From Pseudomonadota bacterium (lineage in GTDB: Bacteria; Pseudomonadota; Gammaproteobacteria; JAKAQQ01): a stretch of DNA of 64,000 nucleotides. The stretch lies in assembly GCA_027320085.1 (NCBI GenBank), contig DAHVLZ010000018.1:64001-128000 (forward strand), given 5' to 3'. A program made the translations under genes and the position numbers. Shown piece by piece: positions 19,544 through 29,171 of this stretch (positions are counted from its first letter, which is position 1; each line of letters opens with the position of its first letter). The notes under the pieces were generated by a model that saw only the letters and a program-made list of their open reading frames with translations, did not search any database and had not been told where the DNA came from.

Positions 19544-20206
19544 TCAGGAAAAGGGAAACTCGAGGGGGGATTCCAGTTTAGTGCCTTTCCAGAAAATGGC
19601 ATCCGGGGCAATGACCAGGTGCCCGTGGGCCAGTTCGGCCAGGACTGCGGGATAGAGCCGATGTTCGGCCTGTTTGGTCCGCTCGATCAAGAGGGTCTCG
19701 GTATCAGAAGGCAGGATCGGTACGCGGATCCGGGCCAGCGGGGGTCCTGCATCCACTGCCGGTACCACGAGGTGGACCGTTGCGCCGTGCTCCGGATCAC
19801 CCCCCTCCAGGGCCCGACGGTGGGGATGAAGACCCGGATGGCGGGGCAGGAGCGAGGGGTGGATGTTGAGCAGCCGTCTGGCAAAGCGCTTGACCGTCTC
19901 GGGTTGCAAGATCCGCATGAAACCGGCCATGGCGATGAGGTCCGGATGGCAGTGGTCGAGCTGCGCGCTCAGGGCGGATTCCCAGGTGCTGCGGGTGGGG
20001 AAGGTTTTGAGCTCGAGACTGAAAGCCGGTACGCCACACTGCCGGGCCCGCTCAAGGGCTGGAGCCTGGGCCCGATCGCTTACCACCGCGACGGGTTCGA
20101 GGGGCAGCCGGCCCGATCGGCTTGCATCGAGGATTGCCTGGAGATTGCTGCCGGTTCCGGAAACCAGCACGGCCAGGGTGCGGGGCGGATGCGAGGGTGG
20201 GTTCAC
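19544..20206 (-). CDS. purN: Phosphoribosylglycinamide formyltransferase
   Basis: SGTGSNLQAI, AGFMRIL, NIHPSLLP and GATVH.V...VDAGP. Confidence 0.96.
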   Translation of the reverse strand: MNPPSHPPRTLAVLVSGTGSNLQAILDASRSGRLPLEPVAVVSDRAQAPALERARQCGVPAFSLELKTFPTRSTWESALSAQLDHCHPDLIAMAGFMRILQPETVKRFARRLLNIHPSLLPRHPGLHPHRRALEGGDPEHGATVHLVVPAVDAGPPLARIRVPILPSDTETLLIERTKQAEHRLYPAVLAELAHGHLVIAPDAIFWKGTKLESPLEFPFS

Positions 20207-21234
20207 CCGATCTGGATCCCATGTCCGGGATCTTCCACAACCTCTCCGATCACATAAGCGGCCTCTCCGGCTCCCGTCAGGAGAGCTTGGGTCTCCTGTG
20301 TTGCATCGGGCGGCACGATCAGAAGAAAGCCAATGCCGGCATTGAATGTCCGGTAGAACTCCCGGGGAGAAAGATGGGCGTGGTCACGGATCCACCCGAG
20401 AACCGGTGGAACCGGCCAGGTTCGGGGATCAATAACGGCACCGAGCCCTCGCGGAAGCACGCGCGGCGGGTTGTCGATCAGGCCGCCTCCGGTGATATGG
20501 GCCATGGCGTGGAGGGGAACCCGGTTCAGGAGGGGAAGGATCGACTTCACGTAGATCCGGGTGGGTTCGAGCAGGCGGTCCAGAAGCCGGTCTTCCTCCA
20601 TTCCCGTGCCCTGCATGCCCTCTTGTTCGAGCAGCTTGCGGACCAGTGAAAAACCATTGGAGTGCACACCCGAGGAGGCGAGACCGATGAGGCGGTCACC
20701 CGCCTGGACACGCGAGCCGTCCAGGATTCGGGACCTTTCCACGATGCCGACACAGAATCCGGCGAGGTCGAAGTCGGGCGCTTGGTAGAGTCCGGGCATC
20801 TCGGCCGTTTCCCCGCCGACCAACGCGCAGCCCGCCTGCGCGCAGCCCTCGCTGATCCCGGCCAGCAGCCGGCTGCCCTGCTCCGGGTCGATTCGTCCGC
20901 TCGCATAATAGTCGAGAAAAAATAGGGGCTCTGCCCCGTGTACCAAGACATCGTTCGCACACATGGCGACCAGGTCGATTCCGAGTCCCTCGAGCCGGTT
21001 GTGGGCCAGACCCAAGAGGAGTTTGGTCCCGATGCCATCGGTTCCCGCAACCAGGACCGGATGGGTAAAACGGTCGAGCGGAACCTGGATGAGGGCTCCG
21101 AAACCGCCGATTCCAGCCAGGACCTCGGGACGATGCGTGCGTTCCGCCTGCGGGCGGATTCGGTCGATCAAGTTTTCGGCGGACTCGATGTCCACCCCGG
21201 AATCGCGATAGGTCAGCGGTGGTTTGGGCGGCAT
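20203..21234 (-). CDS. purM: AIR synthase
   Basis: TYRDSGVDI, GTDGIGTK, DLVAMCAND, GGETAEMPG, HSNGFSL and HITGGG. Confidence 0.97.
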   Translation of the reverse strand: MPPKPPLTYRDSGVDIESAENLIDRIRPQAERTHRPEVLAGIGGFGALIQVPLDRFTHPVLVAGTDGIGTKLLLGLAHNRLEGLGIDLVAMCANDVLVHGAEPLFFLDYYASGRIDPEQGSRLLAGISEGCAQAGCALVGGETAEMPGLYQAPDFDLAGFCVGIVERSRILDGSRVQAGDRLIGLASSGVHSNGFSLVRKLLEQEGMQGTGMEEDRLLDRLLEPTRIYVKSILPLLNRVPLHAMAHITGGGLIDNPPRVLPRGLGAVIDPRTWPVPPVLGWIRDHAHLSPREFYRTFNAGIGFLLIVPPDATQETQALLTGAGEAAYVIGEVVEDPGHGIQIG

Positions 21235-21301
21235 GGGAGGAGGCGGGGAACCCGATGGGTTATGTTATCGTAAACATCCTTGCGTGAGGGTGGATTTGTT
21301 C

Positions 21302-22426
21302 ATGGGTGGTCATGCGCCTTGCCTGTTCCGGCGCTTGCACGGGGCCGGGGGAGCCGTTGGGCCGAAGGTCGTCCTCCTCCTGACCGGGCTTCTCCTGGGG
21401 ATGTCCCAGCCGGCCGAGGCCACGGTCGTCCGGCATGTCTTCCGGGTCGATCTGCCGGTCTCCCACCTGGCCGCGAGGCTGCCGGCTGCCGATGTCCAGC
21501 GGGCAGCCGGGATTCTCCTTGACCGGATTACCGGTGATCCCGATCTTGCCGCCCGGGGGACCGTCAGTGCGCTGATTGCCGAGTCCGGTCAGTGGGTTGC
21601 CGAATATGGCTATAAAAAGGCAGACGCCCAAGGCGGCGGACGAACCGGAACCCCATCCCGTCTCCCCTTCAGGCTCTGGATCCGTTTCGCGCACCGGGCC
21701 GTTGAACGGGCGGTTCTCGGGGCCCATCTACCGTTCTGGGGAGACTTGAGACCCCGTCTTCTGATCTGGCTGGATCCGGGCTCATCCTCCGGGGAAATCC
21801 TTTCGGCGTCCTCTTCTTCCTCTTTGCGCCGGCACCTGGACCGAGCCCTCATCCGTCTGGCGTTGCCGGCTTTCTTGCCCATCATGGACCTCAAGGAGCG
21901 CAGCGCAGTTGCCCCCCCCAACCTCTTCCCGCCCGCCTGGCCCCTCCTGCATCAGGTCTCCCGGCCCTACCACGCCGAGGCGTTATGGGTGGGTCGTCTC
22001 CGGGGAAATGCAGCCCGCGGGTGGATGGGGAGTTTTGCCGTTCAAATGGGCCGCTTCACCCTCGATTGGCAGTCCGTGCACGCCCATCTGCACCGCTGGA
22101 GCGTGCTGCAGTCCGCCCTGGACTACCTGGATTCGATCCTGGCATCGCGCTACGCCGTGTTTGCCAGCCATCAGCCCGTCCCTCTCTCCATCCGGATCCG
22201 GGGCCACCTCACGCTTCGTCAGGTCAGCCGGATCGAACATTTCATTCATCATCTCCCAGGCGTGAGCCAACCGCGTCTTTTGGAACTGGCGCCCCAATCG
22301 CTTGTTTTGACCCTGGTCTCGCGGATTGACCGGACTCACCTGGAACGACTGATGACACTTGCCGGCCCGGGACTGTTCCTCAAGCCGGAGCCCGGGCACC
22401 GGTTGGTTTTTGCTCTCCAGTCCTAA
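21302..22426 (+). CDS. DUF2066 exported protein
   Basis: Signal peptide, RITG, LPFWGDLRPRLLIWL and LPIMDLKE. Divergent from purM as is typical. Start uncertain. Confidence 0.75.
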   Translation: MGGHAPCLFRRLHGAGGAVGPKVVLLLTGLLLGMSQPAEATVVRHVFRVDLPVSHLAARLPAADVQRAAGILLDRITGDPDLAARGTVSALIAESGQWVAEYGYKKADAQGGGRTGTPSRLPFRLWIRFAHRAVERAVLGAHLPFWGDLRPRLLIWLDPGSSSGEILSASSSSSLRRHLDRALIRLALPAFLPIMDLKERSAVAPPNLFPPAWPLLHQVSRPYHAEALWVGRLRGNAARGWMGSFAVQMGRFTLDWQSVHAHLHRWSVLQSALDYLDSILASRYAVFASHQPVPLSIRIRGHLTLRQVSRIEHFIHHLPGVSQPRLLELAPQSLVLTLVSRIDRTHLERLMTLAGPGLFLKPEPGHRLVFALQS

Positions 22427-22431
22427 ACCTC

Positions 22432-23001
22432 GTGCAGCTCATGCGCCTGCAACCGTCCTTCTGGCCCAACCTGTTGTCCACGGCCCGCCTCGTGGCCGCG
22501 CTTCCCTTGTTTGTCCTCCTCTTGGAGGGACGGCTGTGGTGGAGTCTCGGGATTTTTTCTCTCGCCGCCTTCACCGATGCCCTGGATGGTTTTTTGGCCA
22601 AACGCTATTCCTGGCAGTCGGCGACCGGTGCCTTCCTGGATCCACTCGCCGACAAGCTGCTCGTTTTTTCGGTCTTTGCCGCATTGATGCTCACGGGTGC
22701 AACCCCGCCGTGGCTGTTCTGGACCGTTTGGGGGCGGGATGCCGCCATGGGGCTCGCTGTTCTCGTCTGTTACGTGTGGCGGGGACCGTTCTGGGTGGTG
22801 CCCACGCTTCTGAGCAAGGTCAGCATGACCCTCCAGGTCGTCTATCTCGTCGTGACGCTCGTGTTCCTTTTGCAAAAAATCTCGTTCCCCCCCTTTTGGA
22901 CCGGGTTTGAAGGGCTCGTGGCGGCTTTCGCTCTCCTATCCGGAATCGAATACCTGATCCGCTTCAGACGCCGGGGCAGTCATGAGCCGGTCCGGGGCTG
23001 A
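22432..23001 (+). CDS. CDP-alcohol phosphatidyltransferase (PgsA-like)
   Basis: PNLLSTAR and TDALDGFLAKR...GAFLDPLADK motif. Confidence 0.9.
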   Translation: MQLMRLQPSFWPNLLSTARLVAALPLFVLLLEGRLWWSLGIFSLAAFTDALDGFLAKRYSWQSATGAFLDPLADKLLVFSVFAALMLTGATPPWLFWTVWGRDAAMGLAVLVCYVWRGPFWVVPTLLSKVSMTLQVVYLVVTLVFLLQKISFPPFWTGFEGLVAAFALLSGIEYLIRFRRRGSHEPVRG

Positions 23002-23728
23002 GAGGAGCCGGCAGCTTCTTCTGTTCCCCCAGACGGGCACAGGTCCCAGCTTCGCCAGTTTCCGAACCGACCGTCTCCCGCTGGTTGTCGAGACCTGTGC
23101 GGCTTTGGCCCGCGGCCAGAGATCCGGTTACGCCGTACTCCACGGACCCCCGGGATCCGGGAAAAGCCATCTCCTGCGGGCCGCCTGTCAGGTGTGGACC
23201 GGACGGGGCGGGCAGGCGGCGCTCTGGATTCCGAATCCGCGCGAGCCCCTTCCGGAACCGGAGGGATCTCTGCCCTATGAGTTCCTGGCCATCGAATCGC
23301 TGGATACGGTGGCGGGGGATTCCAGACTCGAACGGACCTGCTTCGGCTTCATCCGGGCGGCCCAGCAGGGCCGGCTGCGGCTGTTGCTGGCCGGCCGCAG
23401 ACCCCCCACCGAACTGGCCTGGAAACTCCCGGATCTGGCCTCACGGCTTGTGGCCATGACTCTGCCGGGGCTTTCGCCGGTCGACGAATCCTTGTGGCCG
23501 GAGATCCTCGAGCACCGGTGCGAGGAACGTGGCATGAAGCTTGAAGCTGCAGCTTCGCGGTGGCTCCTGCGACATGGTCCCCGGCGGCTTGAAACCCTCC
23601 TCGGTGTGGTCGATGAACTGGCGGATCATGGGGGGGCGGTTGGCCGGAAAATCACCGTTCCCCGGGTCCGCCGCGTGGTGCTGGAACAAGAGTCCCGGAT
23701 CCGGGCCAATCCGGGAGGACAAACATGA
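22982..23728 (+). CDS. hda: DnaA regulatory inactivator Hda
   Basis: N-terminal clamp-binding QLLLF, GPPGSGKSHLL, LPDLASRL and RKITVP. Located near purM. Confidence 0.85.
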   Translation: MSRSGAERSRQLLLFPQTGTGPSFASFRTDRLPLVVETCAALARGQRSGYAVLHGPPGSGKSHLLRAACQVWTGRGGQAALWIPNPREPLPEPEGSLPYEFLAIESLDTVAGDSRLERTCFGFIRAAQQGRLRLLLAGRRPPTELAWKLPDLASRLVAMTLPGLSPVDESLWPEILEHRCEERGMKLEAAASRWLLRHGPRRLETLLGVVDELADHGGAVGRKITVPRVRRVVLEQESRIRANPGGQT

Positions 23729-24210
23729 CGAGGCCTTCAACAAGGCATAGAATGGAGGCACTTCGCAGTGATGACCCGGTTCCCGGTGGCGGGATGCCAG
23801 GTGAGACGGAGGGAGGCGCTGTGCAGTCGCGACAGTTTCCCGCTTCAAGAAAGAGACGAGCCCTGAGCGCTGGCGTTCTGGGCCTGGTGGGCTGTCTCCT
23901 TTTGGCCGGCTGTGTCGTCTCCCCGCCGGTCCAGGAGATGAGCAATGCACGACAGGCGATCAGTGCCGCCCGGGCGGCCGGTGCGATGCGCTTCGCACCG
24001 ACCCGGCTCATGGCGGCGCAACGCTGGCTTGAAAACGCGCGCTATGCCCTTGAGATCCGCGAATACGGATACGCCGAGCGCGCTGCCCGGACCGCACGGC
24101 AACGGGCCCTGGCGGCCCTGCATGCGGCCCTCCGGCGGGAACGGGCCTTGGCAGCCCGTTATCATTCGGGGAAAAATGCCTCTGGGGACGATCCGGCCGC
24201 TCCACGGTAG
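23725..24210 (+). CDS. DUF4398-like lipoprotein
   Basis: Lipobox LAGC and PPVQEMSNARQAISAARAAGA. Start uncertain. Confidence 0.75.
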   Translation: MTRPSTRHRMEALRSDDPVPGGGMPGETEGGAVQSRQFPASRKRRALSAGVLGLVGCLLLAGCVVSPPVQEMSNARQAISAARAAGAMRFAPTRLMAAQRWLENARYALEIREYGYAERAARTARQRALAALHAALRRERALAARYHSGKNASGDDPAAPR

Positions 24211-24238
24211 TCCGGAGAGTCGTGAAAAGCCATATTTC

Positions 24239-24268
24239 TTGACAGATCCCAAGCTTGCCGGATATAGT
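24239..24268 (+). promoter_or_regulatory. Near-consensus sigma70 promoter for the LysM lipoprotein gene
   Basis: TTGACA (24239), 18 bp, TATAGT (24263). RBS AGGAG precedes ATG 24327. Confidence 0.7.
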
Positions 24269-24326
24269 GAAGACGGGATCTGAGTCCCGTACATTCATAC
24301 CTAACCGTGTGACAGGAGAGTTCACA

Positions 24327-25082
24327 ATGACCAAAAGATTTTACAGAGTGGTTCCACTGGCCGCGATCGTCCTCTTGGCGGCTTGTGCAACGGTCAAAAA
24401 GGCGCCTCCACCTCCACCCCCCAAAAAGCCGTCAGCGGCGACCCTCCAGTCCATCCAGGATGCCAAGACTGCCATTGCACGGGCTCAGGCGGTGGGTTGC
24501 AACGTCACCTCCGAGCAGAGTGAGCTGACCCAGGCAGAGTCCGAGGCCAAGATCCCGGACAACGCCAAGGCCCAACAGTTGGCCGATGCTGCCCGGAAAA
24601 GTGCCGATGCCTGCACCAACCGTTACTGGATGAACAAGGCCCGCGCACTCCTTCACAAGATCCACCAGTACACCAACCTGAATGGCAGCGAGCGTTCGAG
24701 CCTGAAGGAAGGTCGTACCGACATCGCGAACAACCAGGGCAAACCGGCCTATGACGTATTGAGCTCGCTTCTGGCCGAACTCAAGGCGGCCCGCACCACC
24801 TACACGGTGGTTCGTGGTGATAACCTCTGGAATATCGCGTCGAAGCACTCGATTTACGGCAACCCCTTTGAGTGGCCGCTGATCTATCGTGCCAACGCCT
24901 CGAAAATCCATGACCCGGATCTCATTTATCCCAATCAGAACCTCAAGATCGTTCTGAACCCGCTGAAGAGCGCCGTCCACAGCGCTGCGCATTACGCGAA
25001 GACGCGGGGCCCCTGGCGTCAAGGTCAGGCCCTGCACAAGGATCATGCGTGGCTGGCTTCGCAGCAAGGCTCACCCTTCTGA
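24327..25082 (+). CDS. LysM peptidoglycan-binding lipoprotein
   Basis: Lipobox LAAC, Pro-rich linker, helical region and LysM YTVVRGDNLWNIA...IYGNPFEWPLIYRAN...PDLIYPNQ. Confidence 0.9.
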   Translation: MTKRFYRVVPLAAIVLLAACATVKKAPPPPPPKKPSAATLQSIQDAKTAIARAQAVGCNVTSEQSELTQAESEAKIPDNAKAQQLADAARKSADACTNRYWMNKARALLHKIHQYTNLNGSERSSLKEGRTDIANNQGKPAYDVLSSLLAELKAARTTYTVVRGDNLWNIASKHSIYGNPFEWPLIYRANASKIHDPDLIYPNQNLKIVLNPLKSAVHSAAHYAKTRGPWRQGQALHKDHAWLASQQGSPF

Positions 25083-25127
25083 GGGAAGCTAGGCGCCTGC
25101 CCGCGGCATGAGACGGGAGATCCCATG

Positions 25128-25159
25128 AAACCCCGGCCCTCGCGGCCGGGGTTTTTTTT
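25128..25159 (+). terminator. Rho-independent terminator
   Basis: AAACCCCGGCC-ctcgc-GGCCGGGGTTT followed by a T run, just after the LysM gene. Confidence 0.88.
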
Positions 25160-25447
25160 CGGCTTTTGCAGCCCGGATGTGACCTGCCCGCTGTCCTGTC
25201 AAGGGGGTGGGGTCATGGAAATGCGGGGCCTTCCCGTTCTACACTCATCATTCGTCTGGCACAGTGGGTGTTCCATGTCCGAGGTGGCCTGGTGAAAAAG
25301 CGCGCTTTTCCGGAAGTCTTGGGAAATTCTGAGAGGCATTCGGACGGGATCGCGTCCCGAGGCGCTGTTCGGGGTGTAAGTCCGCCCCCGTCACGAAATC
25401 TTCAGGATTCTCTCCCGAAAAATCCAGCGGCACCCGTTTCCAGCCCG

Positions 25448-27484
25448 GTGGACCCGCAATCCCGGACGGATGCAGGTGCACTGGATTTCAGTGATCCCAC
25501 GATTCTCAATCCGTGTTTTTTGGGTTCGAGTGGTGAAAACGGGGAGATCTTCGAACGCCTTCTCGTGGATTTGGTCCGGGACCACCTCTACTGGAGACGC
25601 AATTTCCACCCCGAGGATCCACCGCCCATACCGGTGCTTGCGGCGCATGAGCCGACTTACGTGGCGTTTATGGACCGCCTGCGAACCGAACTCAATACCC
25701 TGACCGCGGCGCTCAAGCGTTCGGTTCCCTTTTTCAATCCCCGCTATCTCGGCCACATGGTTTCCGACACCCTGTTGCCCGGGCTTCTGGCCCAACTGGT
25801 GACGACGCTCTACAACCCCAACAATGTGAGTCCAGAAGCAGCCCCGGTGACACTTGCACTCGAACTCGAAGTGGGACGTCAGTTGGCCCGCATGTTCGGA
25901 TGGGAGACCGATCCTGGGAAAACCCCGTGCGCCTGGGGTCACCTGACCTCCGGCGGTACACTTGCGAATTTCGAGAGCCTGGTCAACCTTCGGGCCATCC
26001 GCTGTTATCCGCTGGCACTCCGGGAGGCGCTCCTCGCCGTAGACGGGGCACCCGGATTCACCTTGGATGACGGCCGCTCCTTGGTCGAGCTGGATGACTG
26101 GACGCTCTTCAACCTGCCCTTGGACGAAGTCACCGGTCTGCCGGCCCGGCTGCGAATCCCGCCGGCCGACCCGGCGGCGCTCCGGATCTGGCACGATCTG
26201 CACGACCAACTCGCAACCCTGCGTATTGAAAGTTCCGGACTCGTGGATTTTGCCCGCCGTCATCCGTTGTGCTCGAGGATCAAGATTCTGCTCCCCCGCA
26301 CGGCGCATTATTCCTGGCACAAGGCGGCCCGTGCCTTGGGTTTCGGAACCGGACAACTCGATTTTGTGCCGGTTGACTCCAAGATGCGCCTTTCGCCGCC
26401 GGGCTTGGAGTCCCGGCTGGATGAGGCCTGCCGGAACAGGATGCCGGTTCTCGCGGTAGTGGCCATGATGGGCACTACCGAGTTTGGAACGATCGATCCG
26501 CTCCATGAGGTCGTTCAACTCCGGCACCAGTTCAGAACACGGGGACTCGAGTTCGGGTTGCATGTCGACGCCGCTTGGGGTGGGTACCTGACCTCGATCT
26601 TCCGTGACCCGGACGGGCGCTTTGTCCCGCAGGAAGAAGTCAGGCGAGGTTTTGCCCACTTCCCATCGGATTCGGTGTACGAGAGTTTCCGCGCCCTGGT
26701 CCACGCCGATTCCATCACGGTGGACCCGCACAAGCTGGGATACCTGCCCTATGGGATCGGGGGGATTGTCTGGCGCCACCGTGGGGTTCTCGACTTTATG
26801 GGCGAACGGGCGCCCTATGTCTTTGATCCGGAGACCTCCGGACCATCCGTCGAGCCCTTGGGGCCATATATTCTCGAAGGGTCAAAACCCGGTGCCCAGG
26901 CAGCGGCTTGCTGGGTGACGCACCGCGTGATGCCGCTCGACCGCTTCCATCTGGGCCGGTTGCAGCGCTTTACCATCCTGGCGGGCGAGTACTTCTATGA
27001 TCACCTGCCGAACTTGGCCGAGCGCCTTCGGGGGCAGGCCCGGGTCCTTGTGCCCTTCGAGCCGGATACGAATCTTCTTTGTCTGGCAATCAATCCGGAG
27101 GGCAATACCTCGCTCGCTGCCGCCAATCGCTTCGGCGAGTCCTTGTATGACCATCTTCGCATCGATCCGACGCGGCCAGTCCAGTTGCGCGATTTTTTCA
27201 GCTCCCACACCCGGGTTTCGGCCGAACTGCTAGGACCGGAAAACTGGTCCCGGACACTCGATGCGTTGGGCATTGACCCGGCTGCGGATACCGGGGAGGG
27301 CGACTGTCCCACTCTTTTCCTTTTGCGCCATACCCTGATGAATCCCTGGTTGCTCGATTCCCGCGAGGGGGCCAATCCGCTCGATCGTTACCTGGAATAC
27401 CTGGAAGGGTTGATCCGTGCCGAACTGGAACGGGAAAGCTGGCGACGACCCCGCCCCCGTGCAGCTCGCCCCTCCGTACCCTAA
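25448..27484 (+). CDS. Group II PLP-dependent decarboxylase, tyrosine-decarboxylase-like
   Basis: FLGSSGENG...HLYWRRNFHPED, PRYLGHM, YNPNN, GHLTSGGTLANFE, HYSW, HVDAAWGGY, DPHKLGY (PLP Lys) and LEGSKPGA. Start uncertain (ORF open from 25166). Confidence 0.88.
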   Translation: MDPQSRTDAGALDFSDPTILNPCFLGSSGENGEIFERLLVDLVRDHLYWRRNFHPEDPPPIPVLAAHEPTYVAFMDRLRTELNTLTAALKRSVPFFNPRYLGHMVSDTLLPGLLAQLVTTLYNPNNVSPEAAPVTLALELEVGRQLARMFGWETDPGKTPCAWGHLTSGGTLANFESLVNLRAIRCYPLALREALLAVDGAPGFTLDDGRSLVELDDWTLFNLPLDEVTGLPARLRIPPADPAALRIWHDLHDQLATLRIESSGLVDFARRHPLCSRIKILLPRTAHYSWHKAARALGFGTGQLDFVPVDSKMRLSPPGLESRLDEACRNRMPVLAVVAMMGTTEFGTIDPLHEVVQLRHQFRTRGLEFGLHVDAAWGGYLTSIFRDPDGRFVPQEEVRRGFAHFPSDSVYESFRALVHADSITVDPHKLGYLPYGIGGIVWRHRGVLDFMGERAPYVFDPETSGPSVEPLGPYILEGSKPGAQAAACWVTHRVMPLDRFHLGRLQRFTILAGEYFYDHLPNLAERLRGQARVLVPFEPDTNLLCLAINPEGNTSLAAANRFGESLYDHLRIDPTRPVQLRDFFSSHTRVSAELLGPENWSRTLDALGIDPAADTGEGDCPTLFLLRHTLMNPWLLDSREGANPLDRYLEYLEGLIRAELERESWRRPRPRAARPSVP

Positions 27485-27506
27485 ATTAAAAAGCGCGACC
27501 TTCAGG

Positions 27507-27911
27507 TCAACCTGTCCCACGGGTGGTTTCGAGACTCATCCGCACTCGGAGAAGACGTTCACGCACGTTCCGTGCGAGGACGGGGATCGACGAACTTTCC
27601 GTGAGGCCAAGAACCGCCTCCGGGTCCATGAACGAAACCCGGGTGCATTCCGGCCGGATTTCCCGGACCACGACATTGCAGGGGAGAAGCAGGCCGATCT
27701 CGGGATCGGCGGAGAGTGCCTGATGGGCCAACTGCGGATTGCAGGCTCCGAGGATCCGGTAGGGCGAAATATCGACTCCGAGCGTGCGCCGGAAAGTGGC
27801 CTGGACGTCGATGACGGTGAGGATGCCGAAACCTTCCCGTTCCAGTGCTTGGGTGGTTCGTTCGAGAATTCGATCAAACGGCTCGGGGACTTCAACTGAA
27901 AATCCGTACAT
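27507..27911 (-). CDS. DUF302 domain protein
   Basis: EGFGILTVIDVQAT, YRILGACNP.LA and IGLLLPCNVVV. Confidence 0.9.
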   Translation of the reverse strand: MYGFSVEVPEPFDRILERTTQALEREGFGILTVIDVQATFRRTLGVDISPYRILGACNPQLAHQALSADPEIGLLLPCNVVVREIRPECTRVSFMDPEAVLGLTESSSIPVLARNVRERLLRVRMSLETTRGTG

Positions 27912-27926
27912 GGAGGATTCCCTGGG

Positions 27927-28808
27927 TCAGCGTAGGGATATCGGCCTGTGAGCTGGGGTTCCAGGCCATTTCCGACCGGAAAAAGAAGACAGGTGCAGAA
28001 AGGAAACGGTGGGGTGCTCGAACCGCCAGACCAACTGGGTCCCAAAGTAAGAGAGGGCGAGAGCGGCAAAGGCAGCCAGGGTCCATCCGGCGGCCGTCCG
28101 TCCGCGCCATCCGAAACGACGGTGACCCCAAAGCAGGAGGCCGAACAGGACCCAGGCCAGGATGGACAGCATCACCTTGGGCCAGAGACCGAGTGGACTC
28201 AGGATCCGGAAATAGGCCAGTCCGGTGCCCAGTGCCAGGGTCAAGAGCAAAAATCCCGCGATCAGGTACTGAAAGAGCATCCGTTCGATCACCAGGAGGG
28301 GAGGGAGGCTGCCGGGTCCTGCCGTCTCCGCACGGCGCAGGCGTGACTCGCGGATCCAGAGCAGGATGGCCAGTGCGGCGGCGACCCCCAGCATGCTGTA
28401 GGCGGTCAGGGAAATCAGGATATGCGCATCGAGCAGGAGATGGTTGGTCCGGAGCAATAACTCACCGCCCGGGTGGAGGGCCTGTGTGATGACGGCCAGT
28501 GCCGTGAGGGGGAAGGCCACAAGCCCTGCGCTCAAAACCGGTTCAAACCAGGATCCCCCCCAGACGACGAGGCTGATCATGAAACTCACGAGCACCAGGA
28601 CATGGATCAGGCTCAGGTTGAGCCCATCCGGCTGAAAAAGGAGATGGTCCAGTAGAAAGCCCTGGCCCAGGAGAGACAGGCCGGCACAAAACCGGCCCAA
28701 AGCCAAGAGATTTCGGGAAGATACCCGGCCTTTCAGAAAAGGAGAGACGAAAAGGGCAGCGGCCAGGTAGAGGACAGGCACAACAACCGTGAGGAGCCAA
28801 AGCTGCAT
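27927..28808 (-). CDS. ypjD: YpjD / cytochrome c assembly (CcsA-like) inner membrane protein
   Basis: Multiple TM helices, HILISLTAYS, LPPL..IERMLF, GFLLLT and GWRGR...LSYFGT. Divergent from rpsP. Confidence 0.85.
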   Translation of the reverse strand: MQLWLLTVVVPVLYLAAALFVSPFLKGRVSSRNLLALGRFCAGLSLLGQGFLLDHLLFQPDGLNLSLIHVLVLVSFMISLVVWGGSWFEPVLSAGLVAFPLTALAVITQALHPGGELLLRTNHLLLDAHILISLTAYSMLGVAAALAILLWIRESRLRRAETAGPGSLPPLLVIERMLFQYLIAGFLLLTLALGTGLAYFRILSPLGLWPKVMLSILAWVLFGLLLWGHRRFGWRGRTAAGWTLAAFAALALSYFGTQLVWRFEHPTVSFLHLSSFSGRKWPGTPAHRPISLR

Positions 28809-29110
28809 GGGGCCGATCTCCACCATTCGTCCCAAAAGCGATGAGCATATCCTAACAGGATGGCCCGGCGGATCGGGGCCTCGTACCTGCTGGAAGGCCC
28901 CGCATTCCGCTGCACTCCGAGCGGAAGGCTTTTGTCGGCCCACTGGTGGGAGGGCGCATCTCCGGCGCGTTCCGAGGGCTGATCCTTCCGTACCGCAGAC
29001 CTGCCGGATGCTGGCACCCGCTCCAACCCCCGTTTTTCGGCTGGCGAGCAGCCAAGTCACCTCCTTCAAAATAAACGAGAACCCCGCAAGCTGCCGGCTC
29101 CCCCGTGGAC

Positions 29111-29139
29111 TTGTCCATCCGGCGTTTCCTCGTTAAAAT
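29111..29139 (+). promoter_or_regulatory. Sigma70-like promoter of the rpsP operon
   Basis: TTGTCC (29111), 17 bp, TAAAAT (29134), about 30 bp upstream of rpsP. Confidence 0.6.
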
Positions 29140-29171
29140 AGCCCTACTTTTTTCAAGTTTGGTTCAATTTC

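Noticed and set aside
28977-29003. Minus-strand CAGGTC-tgcggta-CGGAAGG-ATCAGCC loosely resembling the SRP (4.5S) RNA core, at the site where ffh is missing
   Set aside because: A 7-nt insertion and an altered AGCAG break the conserved helix-8 geometry, so it is probably chance. An Infernal SRP scan would settle it.
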